A DNA stretch of 64,000 nucleotides from Octopus sinensis. Taxonomy: Eukaryota. How positions within the stretch are numbered: position 1 is the first letter of the stretch; every line of letters begins with the position of its first letter. Of the stretch, positions 11,620-21,888 are shown piece after piece. The stretch spans positions 7,626,001-7,690,000 of the forward strand of contig NC_043020.1 in NCBI RefSeq assembly GCF_006345805.1, in the 5' to 3' direction. The notes under the pieces were generated by a model, which was not told the origin of the DNA, did no database searches, and worked only from the letters and a program-made list of their open reading frames with translations. A program made the position numbers and the translations under genes.

Positions 11620-12477
11620 CAGGGCTGGATTAAAACCCATGGAGGTCCTAAGTACTTAAAAGAGTTTGGTGTCCACATATATAGCCAAATCAAAATATAA
11701 CCAATTAACAAACCGTTAAATGAATTTCTACTTTTCAAAATGAAACAAGACTAACAGTAAGATGGGAAGTAGTGTTTACGCTTGCTTCCAGTTTATTTAT
11801 AACTGAAAAGTCTTTTTCTCATTTTTTCTGGTTTTTTTTTGTTTTTTTTTAATTGTCACGTCTTTGATCAGAGTCTCACTATGACACCTTGAACATTTTG
11901 AAATTCTATAAACCATTTCGTATACGATTTTAGCGAGTTTAAAGTGGTTTCTTTTGTGATGTAAACCATTTATCATATATATCTGTAGTGGTCTTCACTT
12001 TCCTTCCTTTGCTGGGATCTTTTCGGTTTGAACGGCAGTTTTTCCTAGCGGTATCATATGAAATTGTCACCCATAATTATGATCCTAGAATCGATCTATT
12101 GCATTTCAATCTGTTTTAGGGTTAGGGGTGGGGGGAAGGGTATCTTTTTTCTTCACAAATGTAAATAAACCCAATCTGTTTCTTAAACGAGGGACATATT
12201 CATACGGCACAATGTTTTTTTTTACCTCAATAGACGTCAGTGATTGGTTGAAATCGCAGAAATTGAAGAAAAAACACAACAAATATCTTACAAACTATAG
12301 AATTTTCTCAATAAAGCCAAGAGAAAGAGATGTTTTATAAATACTTTCTACCAGTATACGAAGTTTAAAATTATTTAGTTACCTAGAAATTATGTTAAAA
12401 ACTGCCGTTCAAACCGAAAAGATCCCTTTGCTGTCCTAAGCACGTGCTTATTTTGCTTAATGGTTAATCCAGCGTTG
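11620..12477. mobile_element. hAT-like MITE hosting a nested transposon
   Basis: Ends CAGGGCTGGATT / AATCCAGCGTTG; flanks GATATACG versus GATTTACT (6/8, decayed 8-bp TSD). Confidence 0.6.
12014..12426. mobile_element. Non-autonomous DNA transposon, 29-bp TIR, 6-bp TSD
   Basis: GGGATCTTTTCGGTTTGAACGGCAGTTTT and its exact reverse complement; TTTGCT on both sides. Confidence 0.9.
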
Positions 12478-12854
12478 GATTTACTACAAACAATAATAAC
12501 CATTTAGTTGTGGTTCCGAATTTTCTTCACGCGAAACAATGACGAAGGGAAGCAACTCCGTTGTTACTCAGCACACAAAATAGTAATTAACAGTTAGGAT
12601 TTTAAAAGTATATTCATAAAGGCATTGTTGTGGTGTTCAGTCTTTCGAAATTACACTGAATGTGAAGATCTACTGATATAGGTCTAGGAGACAGCGCTAA
12701 ACACAATCCCAGAACAAAAAAAAATTGTAAACAAGTGTCATTTTAATTCACATTTCAACGTTCTTCTAGGATGTACGGGAGATAACTCTAATTCATTTTT
12801 GCGAACTTAAAGCCTTCAGAAACGGTAAGTGGACAGCGGACAAAATATTCGTTT

Positions 12855-13045
12855 CAAATTTTGGCACAAGGCCAGCAATTTCTGGTGATGTAGTTAAGTC
12901 GATAACATCGACCCAGTGTCCAACCGGTACTTATTAAATCGACCCTGAAAGGATTAAACGCAAAGTGAACCTCAGCGGAAATTGAATTCAGAACGTACAA
13001 ACATTTGCCTGGCATGCTAACGATTCTGTCAATTCTCCGCCTAAA
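12855..13045 (-). mobile_element. Older SINE sharing the family-B head (B')
   Basis: GTCGATAACATCGACCCAG...GAAAGGATTAAACGCAAAGTGAACCTCAGCGGAATTGAATTCAGAACG. Further decayed copies lie near 14640-14940 and 15650-15785. Confidence 0.7.
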
Positions 13046-13141
13046 TATTGACAGAATATTACATGAGATATTAAATTATGTCTCTTTACGTTTTGAGTTC
13101 GAGTCCCTTCAAAGTCAATTTTACCTTTCATCATTCTAGGT

Positions 13142-13316
13142 CAGTGGTTCCCAACCTGGGATCTGCAGACCCCTGGTGGTCCGCAAAGGTAGTACCGGCG
13201 GTCCATGAACTAAATTCAAAATTTCATATACATACGGATAAGCATATTAAGGGTCCGTGGAAAAACTCATTTAAATAAAAGGGTCGGGAACTACTGTGAT
13301 AAGGTTGGGACCAGTG
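13142..13316. mobile_element. hAT (Charlie-like) MITE
   Basis: TIR CAGTGGTTCCCAACCT / AGGTTGGGACCAGTG; perfect 8-bp TSD TTCTAGGT (13134-13141, 13317-13324). Confidence 0.9.
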
Positions 13317-13354
13317 TTCTAGGTTATGGTAAAAGAAACGAGTAAAAGATATAT

Positions 13355-13570
13355 ATATATATATATATAGTTAATCCAAACATGAAAGCACAAAGAAAAA
13401 ACACAACAACGCGAGGACATGGAACAAATATAGTATTATTGGACGCTCAGGAAAGAAGGAGGGTTTAACGTTTCGAGTGGAGCTCTTCGTCGGAAACATA
13501 GGAGAAGGAAAGATCCAGAGAAGGGAAGACAGAGGGAAAAAATCGCCAACGGTACACACGCGGTCACATT
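13355..13570 (-). mobile_element. Penelope-like terminal repeat carrying a hammerhead-like motif (13463-13497)
   Basis: Minus strand GTTT-CCGACGA-A-GAGC(TCC)ACTC-GAAAC-GTT-AAAC; same family at 42800-43005 and 48245-48420. Confidence 0.7.
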
Positions 13571-13642
13571 TTATATATATATATATATGATGGATCGTTA
13601 GCCACTACACACATTTTTTCTCTCCTGGTTTTTTCTATGTCC

Positions 13643-13678
13643 CTTTCTGTAGAAGAGCGTAGGCTCGAAACGTAAAAG
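13643..13678 (+). ncRNA. Hammerhead-like motif, tandem copy 1
   Basis: CTTT-CTGTAGA-A-GAGC(GTAG)GCTC-GAAAC-GTA-AAAG. Confidence 0.65.
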
Positions 13679-13765
13679 ACTTTTTCTATTCCTGAGCGTT
13701 ATACTAATACATCTGTTTGTTTTGTACACCACCTGTCTTCGTCTTTTGTTTTTTTCGTAAACTCT

Positions 13766-13796
<31 letters not shown>

Positions 13797-13864
13797 GCCA
13801 TCTCGCCATGTTGCATCGTTGAACTTCGCACATTTTTTCTTTCTGTGTTTTTTCTCATTCAATC

Positions 13865-13900
13865 CTTTCTGTCGAAGAGTGTAGACTCGAAACGTAAAAG
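13865..13900 (+). ncRNA. Hammerhead-like motif, tandem copy 2
   Basis: CTTT-CTGTCGA-A-GAGT(GTAG)ACTC-GAAAC-GTA-AAAG. Confidence 0.65.
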
Positions 13901-14438
13901 ACATTTCCATTCTTCCCAAGCATTAAACTAATACACCTGCTTTTTGTTCATACACCTGTCTTTGTCTTTTGTTGTCTGTAAATTTGAACATTGTATGTAT
14001 GTATGAATAATAATAATAATAATAAAAACAATGAATGAAGATCAAACAGTGATTTAATATAGATTAAAGTGCTATTTTGGCGTGTGATCTACAAATTGAA
14101 GGGAGATTACTTTAGTTGCTTTTTAGTTTACTTTGAGCTAGTGCTACTTTGGTGTGTGATCTACGTGTTTATTTTAATTATTATATTATTTATTTTTGGT
14201 TTCGTTTTTTTTTTAATTATTTACTGAGACATAAATGAAACAGTTTTATTATTATTACTGAAATAATTTTATCGAACGTCTGCTAGAAACACAAGAAAAA
14301 GTTCTTCAACACTCTTCTTCATCTGTAGCCAACAGGAATAATGAAGGTGAGATTGAAAGGTTCTTTGGTTCACTTCTCTCACCTTTTTTCAAAATACAAA
14401 TATTTGAATCCAACCAAGTTCTTTCAATAATAATAATA

Positions 14439-14625
14439 GAGCTGAAGAGATTATGGAAGACCAAGACAATAATTGTTCCTGTAGGAAACAGTGCACTTGG
14501 TACAACACCAAGAATTCTGCCTAAAATCTGAAAGAGATTCGAATTAAAACTTGCATTGTAAACCTGCAGGAATCTTAAGAAAGCTTCTTGAGATTTGTGT
14601 AGAATTCTGGGCCAAGAAGTTAGTT
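14439..14625 (+). mobile_element. R4/Dong-clade (restriction-like endonuclease) non-LTR retrotransposon C-terminal relic
   Basis: ELKRLWKTKTIIVPVGNSALGTTPRILPKI*...LKKAS resembles the conserved ..RLW....VPVVIGALG.VPK.L...LQKA tail; (TAA)n at the 5' junction. Confidence 0.65.
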
Positions 14626-15176
14626 TATATCACAGATTCTAGTACTAGGCTGGTACCTTAATTTAGCAACATGGGAGGGACAAAAGGTCAAGTTGGTCTC
14701 AGTGGGATTTGAACTCAGAATGTAAAATGCCAGAATGGAAATAGTGAAAGGCATTTTTTCTGATATTAATGATTCTACTATTCCACCATCTTCGAATAAT
14801 GGCTTTTTATTTAGGCCAAAGGTCAGCAGTTTTAAGAGGAAGGAGTTAGTCAGTACTATCAACGCCAGTACTTAGTTGGTACTCTGTTTTAAAGAACTTG
14901 GATGGAAAGTAAAATCAAGCTTGGCGTGGATTTGAACTCATATTTATCTGATGAGTATCAGATAAAGCAGCAGAAGGCATTTGGTCCAACACTTTATTGA
15001 TTCTTCCAATCTACCATTCTAGAAGATGATGATAATGATGACGGTGATGACGATGACAACGACGGCGACAATAATGATGATTATGATGATAGTAACAAGA
15101 AATACTCCACAAAAACAACAATACAAACAGAAGGTAATTAAAAAAAGAGTGAGACAGTCTGAGAGAGATTAGTATA

Positions 15177-15338
15177 GGCGCAGGAGTGGCTGTGTGGTAT
15201 GTAGCTTGCTTACGAACCAGATGGTTCCAGGTTCAGTCTCACTGTGTGGCACCTTGGGCAAGTGTCTACTACTATAGCCTCAGGCCGACCAAAGCCTTAT
15301 AAGTGGATTTGGTAGTTGGAAACTGAAAGAAGCCCGTC

Positions 15339-15416
<78 letters not shown>

Positions 15417-15545
15417 ATGTATGTATGTATGTGTGTGTGTTTGTCTGTGTTTGTTCTCCCAACATCGCTTGACAACCGATGCCCATATGTTTAGATCTCC
15501 GTAACTTAACGGTTCGGCAAAAGAGACCGGTAGAATAAGTACTAA
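15177..15545 (+). mobile_element. SINE family A
   Basis: Head, CORE-like block, long internal microsatellite, 3' body truncated. Confidence 0.9.
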
Positions 15546-16140
15546 GCAGACACGAAGAGTATTTAAAAAGAGCAAATTAATTACTCTAGGATCTGCCATA
15601 TTTGAATGCGTGACGTGAAACGAAAGCTTTATGTATTACTTTATGGATAGTTTTTAGGCAGAAGAGCAGCAGTTTTGAGAAGTGGATGGTCGATACCACC
15701 GACTCCGGTATTTGACTGTACTTTAATCATATTGAAAGACAAAATTGACCTTGGCAGGATTTGAACTCAGAATATGAGGAGCTGGAAAGCATTGGTTACA
15801 AACAAACAATGGTAAGAATTATATGACAGTAGAGGAATTTTCTAGTTGATGCTTAGGTTGTATGAAATCGTTAAGTTTTTCACGTAGAGGATGTTAGAAT
15901 CGTAGTTTCAATTTCGAGAATTCAATGGTGCATTCGTCGGTCGCAAGATTTATTTCAATATCTTCCAATGGAAAGTAGAAAATTATTATTAGATTTGATA
16001 GACTGGTAAATGATTTTACGATGTTGCAGAGAGTTAAGGAATTTTGAATTCAGGTGAAGTTCTTATACAAGAGCATCTTGCAAGAGCATCCGGCACTTGT
16101 TTAATCTTGGCCGGTTCTGTGTGGCAATCGTAGCTTGGTT

Positions 16141-16483
16141 AAGACGAGGAGCTGGTAGAGTCGTTAACACGCAGGGTGAAAGTTTCGCGAGATTTCCTTT
16201 GTCTCTACATTCTGAGTTCAAATACCGCCAAGGTCGTGTTTGCCTGTTAAGGCGGCGAGCTGGCAGAAACGTTAGCACGCCAGGCGAAATGCGTAGCCGT
16301 ATTTCGTCTGCCGTTACGTTCTGAGTTCAAATTCCGCCGAGGTCAACTTTGCCTTTCATCCTTTCGGGGTCGATAAATTAAGTTACCAGTTACGCACTAG
16401 GGTTGATGTAATCGACTTAATCCGTTTGTCTGTCCTTGTTTGTCCCCTCTGTGTTTAGCCCCTTGTGGGCAGTAAAGAAATAT
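16141..16483 (+). mobile_element. SINE family B composite (diverged head + intact copy)
   Basis: 14-bp TSD ATCGTAGCTTGGTT at 16127-16140 and 16484-16497. Confidence 0.88.
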
Positions 16484-16794
16484 ATCGTAGCTTGGTTGAG
16501 AGGGGCAGGGGGAGAGAAAACAAAAATAGAGACAGTAACATCAAGTGAAGGATATCAAATCTCTTCAATCTCAATCTCTCAGGGAAAACGTGTTTTATAA
16601 TAAAAGTTATATTAATTAATATATGGTCTTGTATAGTAAATGCAATATGAAGCCAATGATATTAATATAAGACCTTAATAATAAACCTGATATTATTAAT
16701 GTGTGAATAGCTTAGGGTTGAGAGAACACTATTGTGATTCTCAGTTCAAGAAGCCTCCTTGACGCCAAATAATTTTCTTAGACGTCATCTGGAT

Positions 16795-17031
16795 TTAAGT
16801 AGCCTCAGTCATGTTTCGTTTTTCTTTTACTTTTCCCTTCTCGGTTCTTGGAACAATTCTGGATATTGTGGTTTTGCGTGTGACTGAAGCAGATGGCTGC
16901 AGTTTCAAATCCTGATTGCCTTCTTCCAGCAGGTGTTTCTTAACAATGTAGATTAACTCATTTGTATCGATGCCTTGCGCCTTCTCTATCAAATAAACTG
17001 AGATGCCAGCACAGAATTGTTTAAAGTGGAA
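16795..17031 (-). CDS. Candidate terminal coding exon, product unknown
   Basis: 78 open codons in non-repetitive DNA: FHFKQFCAGISVYLIEKAQGIDTNELIYIVKKHLLEEGNQDLK...NMTEAT*; preceded by TAG (possible acceptor, weak pyrimidine tract). Confidence 0.35.
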   Translation of the reverse strand, partial: FHFKQFCAGISVYLIEKAQGIDTNELIYIVKKHLLEEGNQDLKLQPSASVTRKTTISRIVPRTEKGKVKEKRNMTEAT

Positions 17032-17051
17032 CTATTCCGGTCAAATCGCGA

Positions 17052-17400
17052 TACCCCGTTTTCCGGACGGAATCGTGTTTTGTGGCATATTAGGTCACCG
17101 TAATTCATTCAACGAAGAGAAAAACCATTTTCCAATGATTCTGGGAAGGCGGGGATGAAATTTCCGAACGTTTCACCCCGTTTTCCTGACAACAAAAGAG
17201 TTTTGTGGCATCATAGGAGGTCACCGTAATTCATTTAACAGGGAAAAAAGATTTCCAATAATTCCAAGAAGGGAGTGGGATTCCGGATTCACCCCGCTTT
17301 TTCTTTTTTCCGAATTAAAATAAGGGGTTTGCAGCACATTATGAGGTCAGGGTAGTTGATTCCACGTGAAAAATCCGAAGTTTTTTTTATTAGTGAAACG
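17052..17400. repeat. Three degenerate ~120-bp CpG-rich tandem units
   Basis: ACCCCG(T/C)TTT at ~17053, ~17175, ~17291; exact AGGTCACCGTAATTCATT at 17092 and 17218. Confidence 0.75.
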
Positions 17401-17488
17401 CGTGGTAAAAATTTACCAAAATATTGAGCTTTTATTGAAATTGAAAAACTCCACAGATCATTACTTCGAGCTTCGTGTAATCAATGTA

Positions 17489-17612
17489 CACATGGTTCCG
17501 GGTTCAGTCCCACTGCGCGGCATCTTGGGCAAGTGTCTTCTGCTATAGCCCCGGGCCGACCAATGCCTTGTGAGTGGATTTTGTAGACGGAAACTGAAAG
17601 AAGCCTGTCGTA

Positions 17613-17683
<71 letters not shown>

Positions 17684-17899
17684 TTGTGTGTCTGTGTTTG
17701 TCCCCCTAGCATTGCTTGACAGCCGATGCTGGTGTGTTTACGTCCCCGTCACTTAGCGGTTCGGCAAAAGAGACCGATAGAATAAGTACTAGGCTTACAA
17801 AAGAATAAGTCCCAGGGTCGATTTGCTCGACTAAAGGCGGTGCTCCAGCATGGCCGCAGTCAAATGACTGAAACAAGTAAAAAAAAAGAGTAAAAGAGT
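17489..17899 (+). mobile_element. SINE family A, young
   Basis: Near-consensus body, CpGs retained. Confidence 0.92.
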
Positions 17900-18184
17900 A
17901 TATATGTATATGTGTGTGTGTTTATGTTTGTGTGTGACACTTTCACCGATCAGTCTTTCCCCGTGGTATCAATCCATTTCCCCCCCTCCCTTGTTCCGCC
18001 AATCTGTCTACTAGACATTTCATTTCTCTCTTCTCTATTTTATCAGTTTAACTTTACTCCCTTAACTCCTTCTCTCTGCTTTTTTCGTTCTGCTTGATTG
18101 TTAACACCCACCCCAAAGCCATTGCTTATTATTTACCTCTCTCTGTCTCTACGTGTTGCTGTGTATGTGTACTATGCCACTGAC

Positions 18185-18372
18185 TCTTTTTACTCTTTTA
18201 CTTGTTTCAGTCGTTTGACTGCGGCCATACTGGAGCACCGCCTTTAGTCGAGCAAATCGACCCCGGTACTTATTCTATCGGTCTCTTTTTGCCGAACCGC
18301 TAAGTGATGGGGACGTAAACACACCAGCATCGGTTGTCAAGCAATGCTAGGGGGACAAACACAGACACACAA

Positions 18373-18433
<61 letters not shown>

Positions 18434-18800
18434 TATACATATATATTATATATATATATAGATATATATATATATATATATACGACAGGCTTCTTTCAGT
18501 TTCCGTCTACCAAATCCACTCACAAGGCATTGGTCGGCCCGGCGGTTATAGCAGAAGACACTTGCCCAAGATGCCACGCAGTGGGACTGAACCCGGAACC
18601 ATGTCGTTGGTTAGCAAGCTACTTACCACACAGCCAAGGCTTCTTCCAGTTTCCGTCTACCAAATCCACTCACAAGGCATTGGTCGGCCCGGGGCTATAG
18701 CAGAAGACACTTGCCTGCCCAAGATGCCACGCAGTGGGACTGAACCCGGAACCATGTGGTTGGTTAGCAAGCTACTTAACCACACAGCCACTCCTGCGCT
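18185..18800 (-). mobile_element. SINE family A, young, with internal tandem duplication of the 5' half
   Basis: GGCTTCT(T)CAGTTTCCGTCTACC...CACACAGCCA occurs at 18488-18637 and 18638-18790. Confidence 0.92.
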
Positions 18801-19070
18801 TATTGTACTTTCTATTACGTATCATATTTCTTTCTGCTCTCTTTAGCCTCCCCCCCCACCCGCTCTCTTTCTCCCTCTTTCCTAATTTCTATGTCAATCA
18901 GTCTACCAATTAATTCCCCCCCTCTATTCTCTTCTCTCCCCCTCTCCTTCATTGCACTTTTCTCCCTCTCTTCCCCTCCTCTTCTAATTTCTCTATCGAC
19001 TTGTATATTATTAGCTCAAGTCTTCTCACGTCCTTTATTCTATTCTCTGTCAATAGTTTCCTCACGTTGA

Positions 19071-19990
19071 AAGGCGGCGAGGTCGCAGAAACGTTAGCCC
19101 GCGCCGGGCGAAATGCTTTGTGGTATTTCGTCCGTCGATGCGTTCTGAGTTCAAATTCCGCCGAGGTCGACTTTGCCTTTCATCCTTTCGGGGTCGATAA
19201 ATTAAGTACCAGTTACGCACAGGGATCGATGTAATCGACTTAATCCCTTTGTCTGTCCTTGTTTGTCCCCTCTGTGTTTAGCCCCTTGTGGGCAATAAAG
19301 AAATAAGAAACTTTAGCACGCCGGGTGAAATGCTTTGTTGTATTTCGTCTGCCGTTACGTTCTGAGTTCAAATTCCGCCGAGGTCGACTTTGCCTTTCAT
19401 CCTTTCGGGGTCGATAAATTAAGTACCAGTTACGCACTGGAGTCGATGTAATCGACTTAATAACTATGTCTGTCCTTGTTTGTCCCCTCTGTGTTTAGCC
19501 CCTTGTGGGTAATAAAGAAATAGGTATTTCGTCTGCCGTTACGTTCTGAGTTCAAATTCCGCCGAGGTCAACTTTGCCTTTTATCCTTTCAGGGTTGATT
19601 AAATAAGTACCAGTTATGCACTGGGGTCGATATAAGCGACTTAATCCGGTTGTCTGTCCTTGTTTGTCCTCTCTGTGTTTAGCCCCTTGTGGGTAGTAAA
19701 GAAATAGGTATTTCGTCTGCCGCTACGTTCAGAATTCAAATTCCGCCGAGATCGACTTTGCCTTATGCACTGGGGTCGATATAATAGACTTAATCCGTTT
19801 GTCTGTCCTTGTTTGACCCCTCTGTGTGTAGCCCCTTGTAGGCAGTAAAGAAACAAGAAACGTTAGCACGCCGGGAGAAACACATAGCGGCATTTCGTCC
19901 GTTTTTACGTTCTGAGTTCAAATCCCGCCGAAGTCGACTTTGCCTTTCATACTTTTCGGGGTCGATAGACTAAATGCCAGTTGAACACTA
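19071..19990 (+). mobile_element. Tandem multimer of SINE family B (about 5 partial units)
   Basis: Repeated GAGTTCAAATTCCGCCGAG...AAAGAAATA units joined head to tail. Confidence 0.9.
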
Positions 19991-20147
19991 ATCGACTAAG
20001 CCTCCTTTCTCGAACCTCCTGACCTCGACCCAAAATCTGAGACTAATATTTTCCTTACATTTTCTCCCAATCTGTTCTCATTCGAACCCATTTTCAAACA
20101 CATCTTACATCCATTCTCTTCCACTATTTTTTAATATTTTTCATATA

Positions 20148-20215
20148 TAATATATAATGAAATTATTGTATACAGTGCTCAGGTGCACCACAACTTGTCA
20201 GAAAGTGCATATAAA
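20148..20215 (-). mobile_element. CR1 3' end stub
   Basis: Reverse complement of the CR1 terminal GGTGCACCTGAGCACTGTATACAATAATTTC. Confidence 0.8.
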
Positions 20216-20354
20216 GTTGCATTTCAGGGCAACATTATTAAGGGGGTAAAGAGTTTATTGTGAAGAGATTAAACATTATATTGAGTCTCTTTGTTTCGAA
20301 ACCTGAAGAATTTGCCAAGGAAATGAGATTATGTTATCAATAACGAAGGGAATA

Positions 20355-20785
20355 TTATCTTATAATAATAATAATGAAATTATTGTATACAGTGCTCAGG
20401 TGCACCACAACTTGTCAGAAAGTGCATATAAAGTATATGCAATAATGTACAAATGTCTGGAAAGTGGACAGTGTATGAGTCAGATACATGCGCGTGTGTG
20501 TATGGAGGGTAGAAAATCAGGTGTAGTGTTGGCGAATCTCAGGAAGCATGGAAGTTTTGAAGGATGCAGTGCTCCGACAACTAACAACCGATGCCGGCAG
20601 TTTGTTCCATTCTTCAGCAACTCTTAGCGTGAAAAAATGTTTCCGAAAGTCATGGGAGCTGTGCTGTCTTCTTACTTTGTAAATATGTCCACGGGTGTTA
20701 GATGGGTGGAGTTTGAAAAGGTGCTCAGAGTTATTGTTTGTAAGATGGTGGATAATTTTATGGGTGTCTGCCAAGTCAGCTGTCA
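20355..20785 (-). mobile_element. CR1 LINE 3' fragment
   Basis: ADLADTHKIIHHLTNNNSEHLFKLH...FFTLRVAEEWNKLPASVVSCRSTASFKTSMLPEIRQHYT, nearly identical to 10757-11372. Confidence 0.93.
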
Positions 20786-21171
20786 CCGTCTCCCCCTCTT
20801 CCTTCATTTTACGCATTCCTCACTCAAATATCTCCCCTTCTCTCTCATATTTATTTTACTCACTCTCTACACCTCCAAACGTTTATTGAAATAGTTATTC
20901 TCAAACTGTCGCTTTTCATTCGATTCGCTTTTGTTTTCGGTGTCTTACTCTCTTTCTTTCTTTTCTTAGTCAATTAATCTAATTGTATCTTCTTCTCACT
21001 CTCTCTCTCTCTCTCTTCGACATTGTACTTTATCTGTCATTATCTCTCCTTTTGTCCGTTTACGTCGGTCTCTAACTACGTAATAATTCTTATTTAATTT
21101 CTTCATTCATTCACAACAACACACACACACATGGAATGTGACAAAAATTACCATCAAACATGGTGTGTGTG

Positions 21172-21200
21172 TGTAGATAGCTAAATAGATAGATAGATAG

Positions 21201-21286
<86 letters not shown>

Positions 21287-21290
21287 CTAA

Positions 21291-21367
<77 letters not shown>

Positions 21368-21372
21368 CCGAC

Positions 21373-21410
<38 letters not shown>

Positions 21411-21418
21411 CTAGCTAA

Positions 21419-21465
<47 letters not shown>

Positions 21466-21497
21466 TACAGATATATAGATAGATAGATAGATAGATG

Positions 21498-21556
<59 letters not shown>

Positions 21557-21642
21557 GTAGAGACAGATAGATAGATAGATAGATATACAGATATATAGAT
21601 AGATAGATAGATAGATAGATGGATAGATAGATATACAGATAT

Positions 21643-21674
<32 letters not shown>

Positions 21675-21706
21675 ATAGATGGATAGATAGATAGATATAC
21701 AGATAT

Positions 21707-21740
<34 letters not shown>

Positions 21741-21772
21741 GGATAGATAGATAGATAGATAGATAGATAGAC

Positions 21773-21832
<60 letters not shown>

Positions 21833-21888
21833 GTAGAGACAGATAGATAGATAGATAGATGGATAGATAGATAGATAGATAGATAGAT
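21172..21888. repeat. (AGAT)n tetranucleotide array with recurring variant blocks
   Basis: Direct reading; the variant AGATATACAGATATATAGAT recurs at least 4 times. Confidence 0.97.
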
